Source: a virus
Taxonomy: Duplodnaviria; Caudoviricetes
Virus record (IMG/VR): IMGVR_UViG_3300016474_000241
Span: 1-37,447 of that record
Length of the DNA stretch: 37,447 nucleotides
Strand: one strand, 5' to 3'
The notes under the pieces are model-generated. The model saw only the letters and a program-made list of their open reading frames with translations, was not told the DNA's origin and did no database searches. A program made the translations under genes and the position numbers. Shown piece after piece: positions 1-8,204 of this stretch. Positions within the stretch are counted from its first letter, which is position 1. Every line of letters starts with the position of its first letter.

Positions 1-22
1 TGGACTTCAACAGCCTGCCGAA
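1..22. repeat. Terminal direct repeat (identical to 37426-37447); circular-contig overlap
   Basis: TGGACTTCAACAGCCTGCCGAA occurs at both ends; the ORF starting at 36357 reads in frame through the junction to TGA at 24-26. Confidence 0.95.
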
Positions 23-31
23 ATGAGGTGA

Positions 32-1951
32 ATGATGGATGTGCGACTCCCTGACGGCACCGTTGTCACGAATGTCCCCGAGGGGATTTCGCAGGGCGAG
101 CTCATGCGTCGCCTGGGCAAGCAGCAGACCTCCGATCTGGTGGCTAAGGCACGCGACGCCGGCATGTCGATGCGCGGCGACGCGATCAACTGGGGCGTGG
201 AGCTCGAGAAGCAGAAGATCGACGAGATGAGCCTGCCCGAGCGCGTGTTCAAGGGCCTGGGCGCAGGCTTTGCCGACATCCCACTTGCAGTGCGCCAGAT
301 CTTTGCAAAAGACAAACCCGAGAACCTGTCCGATTTGGTCAGCGGCGACACGCCAACCAAGCGCCTGCAGCGCGAGGCGGCCGACAAGCGCGAAGTGGAC
401 AAATACCTGTCGAAGCGCACCGATCTCGGCGTGCTGCCCGACCAGGTCTATGGCGTGGACACGCCGACCCTGGGCTCAACCGCACAGTTCTACGGCAAGA
501 CCGCACCGACTACGCTGCTGCCTGCAGCGCGCCTGGCAGGCCTCAAGGGGTTTGCTTCCAACGTCGGCGTGGGTGCCGGCATGGCTGCGTTGGATCCCAC
601 CGTCGAGGGCGAAAGCCGGGCCTGGAACATGGCCACAGGCGGCGCTCTCAGCGGCGTGCTGCCGGCCGCCACCTCGGCCGTGCGCGGCGTCTACAACTCG
701 GTCACCCGTGGCGGTGGCCAGAACCGCGCAGGCGATGAGCTCGCCAAGGTGTTGGCCAAAGGCGGCGCTGACGAGCAAACCGTGCTGCGCCAGACGATCG
801 ACCGTCTGCGCAATGCCCAGCAGGGCAACATTCCGCTGTCCACGGCAGCCCAACTCAAGGACGCGCAGCTGGCGCGGCTGGAGCAAGGTAGTCGAGCTCG
901 CAACGGGGCCAACTGGTACGACTTTGACCAGAACCAGGCCCGCGCTGTGGCCGGTGCGTTCGACGACGCCACCGCCGAGGCCGCCGACCTGGCCTCGCGC
1001 CGCGCCACTCGCGGCACCAACTGGGAAACCAACTGGACGGCCGCCCAGGCCGGCGCTGACGCGGCCAAGTTCGCCAAGGATCTGCCGCAGTTCCGCGCCA
1101 ACCTGGACGTCGCCCTGCGCTCGCCCGAGGCATCAAACCCGGCCACCAGGGGCATGCTCGAGGCCATTGCGGCCGACATCGACCGCGTGACCTCTCAGGG
1201 TATTCCCTACACCCCGGCCCACCTGCAGCAGATTCGCGCCAACCTGAGCGCCAAGTGGCACCCCAAGAACGACACCGCGTTCACCAAGGCCGATCGCAGC
1301 TCGCCGGCGCGCCTGTCGGTCATGCAGGAGGTGGACAACATCCTCAACAACGCCACCGGCGGCAAGTGGGCCAACGTGGTGGGCGGCTATGCGGCCGACA
1401 GCAAGCTGGTGGAGGCCTCCAAGGCCGCCGGCCGCGCTCGCAACCAGTTCTACGACCCGCAGACGGGCCGCGTGCTGGGTGTGGCTGCTGACCCCAACGG
1501 CGACATCCCCAAGATCACAGAGGCGGCCCTGGGGCGCTCGATGAACGCCGGCAAGGGTCAGTTCTCGACCGACGCCGAAACGCGCTTGGCGGCCATCCTG
1601 GAGGCCCTGCGGGCCCAGAACATCGTGCAGGGCGTCAAGCGCTCGGCCACGGCCGGCGGCGGCAGCGACACGGCCTCCAACCTGTACGCCGCGAAAGCTG
1701 CCGGTAAGGTTGCCGACGCCTTGGGTGCGTCCGGCAGCATGACTGCGGCAGCCACCAAAACAACGCTTGAAAAGCTCGGTGAGCTGGCCACGGCCACAAA
1801 GGACCGCGCTCTGGCCGAAGCGCTGCAGAACCCGCAGCAAATGGTCGCCGTGCTTGAGCGAAAATTGAAGGCAGGCGCACCGCTGAATGCACAAGAACAA
1901 TACCTGCTGTCCCTGCTGCGCGCAGCACCGGCGGCCGCCACATCGAATTGA
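32..1951 (+). CDS. Internal virion / DNA ejection protein (putative)
   Basis: 639-aa Ala-rich helical ORF with GAGGTG RBS; last of the run of ejection-type genes before the tail fibre, as in P22/T7-like podovirus synteny. Confidence 0.6.
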   Translation: MMDVRLPDGTVVTNVPEGISQGELMRRLGKQQTSDLVAKARDAGMSMRGDAINWGVELEKQKIDEMSLPERVFKGLGAGFADIPLAVRQIFAKDKPENLSDLVSGDTPTKRLQREAADKREVDKYLSKRTDLGVLPDQVYGVDTPTLGSTAQFYGKTAPTTLLPAARLAGLKGFASNVGVGAGMAALDPTVEGESRAWNMATGGALSGVLPAATSAVRGVYNSVTRGGGQNRAGDELAKVLAKGGADEQTVLRQTIDRLRNAQQGNIPLSTAAQLKDAQLARLEQGSRARNGANWYDFDQNQARAVAGAFDDATAEAADLASRRATRGTNWETNWTAAQAGADAAKFAKDLPQFRANLDVALRSPEASNPATRGMLEAIAADIDRVTSQGIPYTPAHLQQIRANLSAKWHPKNDTAFTKADRSSPARLSVMQEVDNILNNATGGKWANVVGGYAADSKLVEASKAAGRARNQFYDPQTGRVLGVAADPNGDIPKITEAALGRSMNAGKGQFSTDAETRLAAILEALRAQNIVQGVKRSATAGGGSDTASNLYAAKAAGKVADALGASGSMTAAATKTTLEKLGELATATKDRALAEALQNPQQMVAVLERKLKAGAPLNAQEQYLLSLLRAAPAAATSN

Positions 1952-1962
1952 AGGAGTGACAC

Positions 1963-4782
1963 ATGCCACGCAACGCATCCGGCGTCTACACGCTGCCCGC
2001 GGGGAACCCGGTCGTACCGGGTACAACAATCGACGCCGCCTGGGCGAATGACACGCTCGAGGACTTGGCCAACGAGGTCACCAACAGCCTCTCGCGCACC
2101 GGCGCTGGCGGCATGCTGGCTCCCTTTCGCCTGGCTGACGGCACCGTCACCGCCCCCGGCATCGCCTGGCTGAACGAAACCAACAGCGGCCTGTACCGCA
2201 GCGGCGCAGGCTCGACCTGGATGTCGATCCTCGGCGTGAACACCGCCCAGTTCTCGACCGTCGGCCTGACCATCCCGTTTGGCAAGGCGCTGACCGCGCA
2301 GGGCAACGCCAGCGTGGCGGGCACGTTTGCTGTCGGTGGCCACACAACGCTGTCTTCGACGCTTGCCGTGACTGGTGCGCTTACCGCATCGGGTGGAGTT
2401 ACTGGCAACGTCACCGGCAACGTGACGGCCGCCAGCGGCACATCGTCGTTCAACGACGTGACCATCAACGGCTCGCTGGACATGGTGGCCGGCAGCTCGG
2501 CCACGATTACCGGCCTGAGCAACCCGACCAACGCATCGGACGCGGCCAACAAGGGCTACGTTGACACGCAGGACGCGCTCAAGCTCTCGCTGACTGGCGG
2601 GACCATGAGCGGCAACATCGCAATGGGCGGCAACCTGGTCACCGGCCTGGGCTCTCCTGTGGCTGGCGGCGACGCCACCAACAAGACCTACGTTGACGCC
2701 CAGGTCGCCACTCGCTTGGCATTGGCTGGCGGCACGATGTCCGGCGCCATCGCCATGGGCAACAACAAGGTCACTGGCCTTGCCACCCCAACCGCGGACG
2801 CTGACGCAGCCACCAAGGCCTACGTTGACAGCGTGGCCCAAGGCCTTGATGTCAAGGCATCCTGCCGCGCCGCCGCCACCGGCAACATCACCCTGTCGGG
2901 CACCCAGACGATCGACGGCGTGGCCGTCGTGGCTGGCGACCGCGTGCTGGTCAAAGATCAGTCCACCTCGGCCAACAACGGCATCTATGTGGTGTCCGCT
3001 GGTAGCTGGTCGCGCTCGAGCGACATGGATACATGGTCCGAGTTCCCCGGTGCGTTTGTGTTTGTCGAAGACGGCACCGTCAACGACAACTCGGGCTGGG
3101 TCTGTACCGTGGCCCCTGGCGGCACGCTGGGCGTCACTCCCGTGACTTGGGAGCAGTTCTCTGGCGCTGGTCAGATCAATGCCGGCACCGGCATGACCAA
3201 GACCGGCAACACGCTCAACGTCAACACTGCCTCGTCTTCGCGCATTGTCGTCGGCGCTGACGACATCGACCTGGCCACCACTGGCGTGACCGGCGGCACC
3301 TACAAGTCGGTGACGGTGGACGCCTATGGCCGCGTGACCGCAGGCACAAACCCGACCACGCTGGCCGGCTACGGCATCACCGACGCCTACACCACCACCC
3401 AGGTGGATGCCGCGCTCGCGCTGAAGTTGAACCTGACCGGCGGCACCATGAGCGGTGCCATCGCGATGGGCAGCAACAAGATCACAGGCCTGGGCACGCC
3501 GACCAACACAACCGACGCCACGACCAAGACCTACGTTGACAGCGCCGACGCACTCAAGCTGAACCTCACGGGCGGCACGATGTCGGGCGCGATCGCAATG
3601 GGAGCGAACAAGATCACGGGCATGGCCGATCCGACCAACCCGCAGGACGCCGCGACCAAGAACTACATCGACACGATCTTTGGCTCGACCATCAGCGCGG
3701 CCGCTTCTGCCACCGCCGCGGCAAACAGCGCATCGGCTGCCGCAACCTCGGCCACCAACGCCGCGACCAGCGCCAGCAACGCAGCCACGTCGGCCACCAG
3801 CGCCGCGAACACCTACACGACCTTCAACAACCAGTACCTGGGCAGCAAAACCAGCGACCCGAGCGTCAACAACTCGGGCGGCGCGCTGGTGGGGGGCAAC
3901 TTGTACTGGAACAGCACCGCCAACGAGATGCGCGTTTACACGGGCACTGCCTGGTTGACCGCATACCTGCCCGCGACCGGCTACCTAGCGCTGTCGGGCG
4001 GCACGATGACTGGCAGCATCGCGTTCAACGGTGCAGGCCTAAAGATCACGGGCGATCTGAGCAACGCGACGATTAACAGCCGCCTGCTGATCCAGAGCAG
4101 CACCGCAAACGGCGACACTGGTGTGGTTGCGGTCCCCAACGGTACCGCAACCACCGCGACATGGCGCGCCTACAACTCGGTTGATGCCGACAACGCATCG
4201 GTAGCCATATTGGGCGCGTTCGGTGCGACCGATGTGCGTGTGTCTTCCGACAAGTCGGGCACCGGCTCCTACCTGCCGCTGACGTTCCATGTTGGTGGCT
4301 CTGAGCGCGGGCGGGTCACTACCGGCGGCAACTGGCTGATTGGAACATCGACCGATAACAGTACCGACAAGTTGCAAGTGACCGGCAGCATGTCGCTTAG
4401 CAGCGCGCTGCGCGTGGGCGCTTCGCCGTCTGCAGGTACTTCTGGTCAGGTGCTCACTTCCGCTGGCCCCAGTGCTGCGCCAACTTGGCAAACGCTAAGC
4501 ACAAACACGGCCACGCAAAGCACCATCAACACAAACACAACAGCCGCGGCGGGCACTTACTACACAATCACTGCCTCACTTACTCTGACCTTGCCTGCTA
4601 GTCCGAGTGCGGGTCAGTTTGTAGGCTTTTCAAATATGAGCGGCACAACAACGCCAGTGATTGCGCGTAATGGACTGAAGATCATGGCGTTGGCTGAAGA
4701 CATGGTATTGAACAACTCAAACGCACGCGGGCTTTTAATCTACACCGATGCAACAAACGGCTGGGTGCTCTTCAACGACTAA
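1963..4782 (+). CDS. Tail fibre protein
   Basis: 939 aa, Thr/Gly/Ser/Ala-rich; repeated LxLxGGTMSGxIAMGxNx(V/I)TG..P...DAxxKxYVD units; GDRVLVKDQ..NGIY and VTVDAYGRVT fibre motifs; AAGGAG RBS. Confidence 0.85.
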   Translation: MPRNASGVYTLPAGNPVVPGTTIDAAWANDTLEDLANEVTNSLSRTGAGGMLAPFRLADGTVTAPGIAWLNETNSGLYRSGAGSTWMSILGVNTAQFSTVGLTIPFGKALTAQGNASVAGTFAVGGHTTLSSTLAVTGALTASGGVTGNVTGNVTAASGTSSFNDVTINGSLDMVAGSSATITGLSNPTNASDAANKGYVDTQDALKLSLTGGTMSGNIAMGGNLVTGLGSPVAGGDATNKTYVDAQVATRLALAGGTMSGAIAMGNNKVTGLATPTADADAATKAYVDSVAQGLDVKASCRAAATGNITLSGTQTIDGVAVVAGDRVLVKDQSTSANNGIYVVSAGSWSRSSDMDTWSEFPGAFVFVEDGTVNDNSGWVCTVAPGGTLGVTPVTWEQFSGAGQINAGTGMTKTGNTLNVNTASSSRIVVGADDIDLATTGVTGGTYKSVTVDAYGRVTAGTNPTTLAGYGITDAYTTTQVDAALALKLNLTGGTMSGAIAMGSNKITGLGTPTNTTDATTKTYVDSADALKLNLTGGTMSGAIAMGANKITGMADPTNPQDAATKNYIDTIFGSTISAAASATAAANSASAAATSATNAATSASNAATSATSAANTYTTFNNQYLGSKTSDPSVNNSGGALVGGNLYWNSTANEMRVYTGTAWLTAYLPATGYLALSGGTMTGSIAFNGAGLKITGDLSNATINSRLLIQSSTANGDTGVVAVPNGTATTATWRAYNSVDADNASVAILGAFGATDVRVSSDKSGTGSYLPLTFHVGGSERGRVTTGGNWLIGTSTDNSTDKLQVTGSMSLSSALRVGASPSAGTSGQVLTSAGPSAAPTWQTLSTNTATQSTINTNTTAAAGTYYTITASLTLTLPASPSAGQFVGFSNMSGTTTPVIARNGLKIMALAEDMVLNNSNARGLLIYTDATNGWVLFND

Positions 4783-4791
4783 GGAGAATTG

Positions 4792-5481
4792 ATGTCTAAC
4801 TTCACAACATTTTCACCCACTGGAAGTTCCAGCAAGTTCCAAGAATTCACCTCTACGGGAACTTTCACTCCAAGTGCGGCATTGCTCGCTAACGGCGGGT
4901 TCGTAAATATCATTTTGGTCGGAGGCGGTGGTGGCGGTACGTCGGGGTCAGGTGGCGGAGGCGGTGGTGGTCAGGTCGTAATAAGAACTGTCAAGGTCAC
5001 AGGGGCCACGACAGTCACGATTGCCGCATCGGCATCAGCGGGCTCAAACGGAAACAACTCTACTTTTGGCTCACTCGCTACGGCGTATGGCGGATTCACA
5101 GGGCCTGGCAGCACAGCAGGGGGTGCTGGAGGAGGGAATAGATCAAACTTCACAGTCGGTGATGCCACCATCGCTGATGGTGCGTATTTTGGGGCAGTAT
5201 TTGGGGCAGGTGGTAACGGCTCTTATGGCGGCCAGCACGGCACTTTTTCAGGAGGTGGAGGTGGGGCCAACGGAACATCGCCCCGTGATCGAGGCGGCAG
5301 TTGCGGAGTATCCGGCGCAGTTGGTGGCTTGCGCACTTCAAGTGGCCCAAACGGAGGGGGCGGTGCGTCTTGGGGCGACGGCGCTAATGGCGGCTCTTCA
5401 GCCGCTGCAAACACAGGCGGCGGCGGCGGTGGCAACGGCTCTGGCGGTTCTGGGTACTGCCTTGTTCAATGGTGGGAGTGA
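4792..5481 (+). CDS. Glycine-rich tail-fibre-associated / receptor-binding protein
   Basis: FTSTGTFT..IILVGGGGGG..GGSGYCLV glycine-rich domain pattern; AAGGAG RBS overlaps the upstream stop; ATG at 4792. Confidence 0.7.
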   Translation: MSNFTTFSPTGSSSKFQEFTSTGTFTPSAALLANGGFVNIILVGGGGGGTSGSGGGGGGGQVVIRTVKVTGATTVTIAASASAGSNGNNSTFGSLATAYGGFTGPGSTAGGAGGGNRSNFTVGDATIADGAYFGAVFGAGGNGSYGGQHGTFSGGGGGANGTSPRDRGGSCGVSGAVGGLRTSSGPNGGGGASWGDGANGGSSAAANTGGGGGGNGSGGSGYCLVQWWE

Positions 5482-5484
5482 TTC

Positions 5485-5688
5485 ATGGAAAACAAAATTG
5501 CTTGTATCAAAAACGGCGTAGTAGAAAATGTCATCGTTTGCGATGACGCTTTTGCACAAACGCTTGGGTATGACGCTGTGGTCAACGTCACAAATTATGT
5601 CGGCGTTATGCAGCAAGGCATGCTTTACGTTAATGGTCAGTTCTTGCCTGCGCCAGACCCAATTTTGGAACAACCGAATCTCAACTAA
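5485..5688 (+). CDS. Small tail-fibre accessory protein
   Basis: 67 aa; ACIKNGVVENVIV..G.LY.NGQF..P pattern commonly follows glycine-rich fibre genes. Confidence 0.6.
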   Translation: MENKIACIKNGVVENVIVCDDAFAQTLGYDAVVNVTNYVGVMQQGMLYVNGQFLPAPDPILEQPNLN

Positions 5689-5709
5689 CAGGATTTGTAA
5701 CTTCAAAAA

Positions 5710-6033
5710 ATGTCGATCGCCTACACCTGGCAGTTTGATTCACTTGATGTGTTCCCGACCTACCAGACAGTGACCGACGCGGTGGAAAGCATGCACTGGC
5801 GGCTCACGGCCGATGACGGCCTGGGCCACCAGGCGCAGGCTTATGGTGAACAGAAGACGGGGCCTATCGACCCAGACAACTTCATCCCTTACGACGACCT
5901 GACGCTGGCCGACGTGCAGGGGTGGTGCGAGACGCAGATGGGGCCCGAGCTGGGCGTGGTGAAGGCCGCGCTGGTGGGCCAGATCAACGAGCAGATCTCA
6001 CCGTCGGTGGTGTCTTTGCCGCCACCTTGGTGA
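5710..6033 (+). CDS. Tail-fibre accessory/assembly protein (hypothetical)
   Basis: 107 aa; YTW..HWR..FIPYDDLT..V.GW..LPPPW pattern seen next to phage fibre genes. Confidence 0.6.
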   Translation: MSIAYTWQFDSLDVFPTYQTVTDAVESMHWRLTADDGLGHQAQAYGEQKTGPIDPDNFIPYDDLTLADVQGWCETQMGPELGVVKAALVGQINEQISPSVVSLPPPW

Positions 6034-6048
6034 TGCGATAATCGCCAC
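6016..6048 (+). promoter_or_regulatory. Putative promoter for the lysis cassette with an overlapping operator-like site
   Basis: TTGCCG (6016)-15 bp-GATAAT (6037) with an extended TG; GATGCG-ATAAT-CGCCAC (6032-6048) resembles the 17-bp operator family. Confidence 0.4.
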
Positions 6049-6092
6049 ACAAAAATGATTCCTCAACCCACGACACGCCACTGGAGATTTAC

Positions 6093-6272
6093 ATGGAACT
6101 GACGATTCAACTGGAGCTGAACGAAGTCAACGCGGTGCTGGATGCGATCGGGGCACTCCCGACGAGCACAAACACTTGGCCGATCGCGGCCAAGATCCGC
6201 GCACAGGCTGCCGCTCAGCTCCCGCAACAGCAGGAGCAGCAAGATGGCGGGCAGGGAAGTACAGCTGACTGA
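6093..6272 (+). CDS. Small hypothetical protein (59 aa, not in ORF track)
   Basis: GGAG RBS, then MELTIQLELNEVNAVLDAIGALP...; read by hand. Confidence 0.65.
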   Translation: MELTIQLELNEVNAVLDAIGALPTSTNTWPIAAKIRAQAAAQLPQQQEQQDGGQGSTAD

Positions 6273-6432
6273 CGAGCAGATCGAGGCGATCGCGGAGCGA
6301 GCTGCCGAGGTTGCCTTTGAGAAGATCTACAAGGAGGTCGGCAAGACCGTCCTGACCAGGCTCGCATGGATGGCCGGCGCTGCAGTCGTCGGTTTCTTCA
6401 TGTGGGTGGGCACCGGGCACACGCCCAAGTGA
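6244..6432 (+). CDS. Small membrane protein, lysis region
   Basis: AGGAG RBS, ATG at 6244 (MAGREVQLTDEQIEAIAERAAE...), one C-terminal TM segment. Confidence 0.65.
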   Translation: MAGREVQLTDEQIEAIAERAAEVAFEKIYKEVGKTVLTRLAWMAGAAVVGFFMWVGTGHTPK

Positions 6433-6439
6433 GCCTGAC

Positions 6440-6904
6440 GTGATTGCCGAGCTGGCCGCCGCCAACGCCGCGTTCGCGGTTATCAAGCACGCTGTCGCCA
6501 ACGCTGGCGACATCATGGCCGCCGGCCAAAAGCTGTTCGACTACTTCGACGCCAAGGCTGCCATTCAGCGCAAGGTCAACGAGCGCGCACAGGGCAAAGG
6601 CAGCACCGAGGGCTCGAGCGACTGGGAAGAGTTCCAGGCCCTCGAGCAGCTCAGGGCGCAGGAAGAGCACCTGCGCGAATCCATGATCTACGCCGGCCGC
6701 CCAGGCCTCTGGGACGACTGGCTCAAATTCCAGGCCGAGGCTGCGCGCAGGCGCAAGGCAGCCGTCGAGGCCGAGATTAAACGCAAGAAGGCGGTGCGCG
6801 ACCGCATCGAGCAGGCGTTCTGGTGGGGCGCGCTGGTCGTCACGCTGAGCTGCGCGGCCGCTTTCTTTGCCGTGCTGTCTTCGATGTTCAAAGGAAGGGG
6901 CTGA
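6440..6904 (+). CDS. Hypothetical membrane-anchored protein, lysis region
   Basis: 154 aa, GTG start, coiled-coil plus C-terminal TM helix. Confidence 0.65.
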   Translation: MIAELAAANAAFAVIKHAVANAGDIMAAGQKLFDYFDAKAAIQRKVNERAQGKGSTEGSSDWEEFQALEQLRAQEEHLRESMIYAGRPGLWDDWLKFQAEAARRRKAAVEAEIKRKKAVRDRIEQAFWWGALVVTLSCAAAFFAVLSSMFKGRG

Positions 6905-6906
6905 TC

Positions 6907-7410
6907 ATGCTGTCGTTGTTGTCCACCCTCGGAGGCCTGCTGATCAGCGGGCTGCCCAAGCTCCTGGAGTATTTCCAGGCCCGCGCTGACCACAAGCATG
7001 AGCAGGAGCTGGCGCGCATCCAGACCCAGCACGACCTCGAGATGGCCGCCAAGGGCTTTGCCTCGCAGCAACGCATCGAGGAGATCAAGTTCGACCAGCT
7101 GGCGCTGCAGACCGACGCGCAGATGACCACGGCCGCCCTTGATCACGACAAAGCCGTGCTGGCCAAGGCCTCGCGGTGGGTGGCCAACTACGTCGGCACC
7201 GTGCGCCCCACGGTGACCTACATCTTTGTGTTTGAGCTGGTGTCGATCAACGCCTTCCTCTGCTACTACCTCTGGACCCACCCCGGCCTGGTGACCGGGA
7301 TCGAGGACGTGCTGCGGTACTCGGACATCATCTTCAGCACCGACGAGATGGCCATGCTGGGCGGCATCATCGGCTTCTGGTTCGGCAGCCGGGGCTGGAG
7401 CAAGAAGTGA
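6907..7410 (+). CDS. Holin (3-TM type, putative)
   Basis: N-terminal amphipathic helix, VRP.VTY TM segment, C-terminal IIGFWFGSR; directly upstream of the lysozyme. Confidence 0.7.
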   Translation: MLSLLSTLGGLLISGLPKLLEYFQARADHKHEQELARIQTQHDLEMAAKGFASQQRIEEIKFDQLALQTDAQMTTAALDHDKAVLAKASRWVANYVGTVRPTVTYIFVFELVSINAFLCYYLWTHPGLVTGIEDVLRYSDIIFSTDEMAMLGGIIGFWFGSRGWSKK

Positions 7411-7937
7411 AGCTGTCGGATCAGGGCGCGGCCCTGATGCACAGGTTTGAGGGCTGCCGGGACCGCCCCTACCTGTGCCCAGCCCATATGTGGACCATCG
7501 GCTACGGCCACGTCCTGTACCAAGACCAGCTGCGGCTGCCGATGGCCAGGACGCCCGAGACGCGGACAATCCCGATGATCCGCAAAGAGTACCCGCTGCG
7601 GCCCGAGCACTTCCGCATCTGGAGCAAGGAGGAGATTGATGCGCTATTCCAGGCTGATGTCGCTTCTTTTGAGCGCGGTGTTCTACGACTTGCTCCCGGC
7701 CTGGCTGGCCATCAAGGCGCTTTTGACGCTTGCGTCTCTTTCGCGTTTAATGCCGGGCTAGGCAACTTCCAGCGCTCCCAGATCCGCATGAAGGTGAACC
7801 GGGGCGACTGGCAGGGCGCGGCCGATGCGCTCATGCAATGGACCAAGGGCGGTGGCAGGGTGCTGCCCGGCCTGGTGGCCAGGCGCAAGGCAGAGCGCCA
7901 GCTTTTCTTGTCAAGCGCTCAAGAAACTGTGCCATAA
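7407..7937 (+). CDS. Endolysin, GH24 phage lysozyme
   Basis: FEG..PYLCPA..WTIGYGH (E-8x-C-5x-T triad), FDA.VSFAFN.G, W.K.GG..LPGL..RR..E..LF. Confidence 0.92.
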   Translation: MKLSDQGAALMHRFEGCRDRPYLCPAHMWTIGYGHVLYQDQLRLPMARTPETRTIPMIRKEYPLRPEHFRIWSKEEIDALFQADVASFERGVLRLAPGLAGHQGAFDACVSFAFNAGLGNFQRSQIRMKVNRGDWQGAADALMQWTKGGGRVLPGLVARRKAERQLFLSSAQETVP

Positions 7938-8106
7938 ATGTGCCGCGCACCGTGACGATTGCAGTTGCCATTGCAAACCTTGGCCCGTTAATTCGGGCCT
8001 TTTTTGTATCCTTTAGGATTGTGATTCTGGTGAGTTTTTCTCCTAAGCCCTTGTCGCTGTTGAGTTTTTGTAGACGTAGAATCGGATTTGTGCCATTTTT
8101 GTGCCA
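7928..8106. other. attP site: arm-type repeats flanking a tRNA-His anticodon-loop core
   Basis: Tandem TGTGCC(A/G) pairs with 11-bp period at 7928/7939 and 8089/8100; central GGATTGTGATTC (8016-8027) identical to the tRNA-His anticodon region; lies near the 3' end of int. Confidence 0.75.
7982..8005 (+). terminator. Intrinsic terminator after the lysis cassette
   Basis: GGCCCG-TTAATT-CGGGCC followed by T6. Confidence 0.8.
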
Positions 8107-8123
8107 CAAACAAGGTTTTCAGT

Positions 8124-8200
8124 GGTGGCTGTAGCTCAGTTGGTAGAGCCCTGGATTGTGATTCCAGCCGTCGTGGGTTCGAGTCCCATCAGCCACCCCA
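8124..8200 (+). tRNA. tRNA-His (GUG), complete, with G-1 and encoded CCA
   Basis: GGTGGCTG..CAGCCAC-C-CCA acceptor stem with the G-1:C73 His identity element; anticodon arm CTGGA-TTGTGAT-TCCAG; T-loop TTCGAGT; 77 nt. Confidence 0.97.
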
Positions 8201-8204
8201 TTTT

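Noticed and set aside
1-22. Biological terminal repeat or att core
   Set aside because: It falls inside a coding sequence and has the size of an assembly overlap.
1963-5700. Diversity-generating retroelement or invertible tail-fibre switch
   Set aside because: No reverse transcriptase, invertase, TR/VR pair or flanking inverted repeats seen.
8044-8082. IHF site and dedicated tRNA promoter in the right attP arm
   Set aside because: TAAGCCCTTGTCG only partly matches the IHF consensus, and TTGTCG to TAGAAT spacing is 20 bp; too weak to call.
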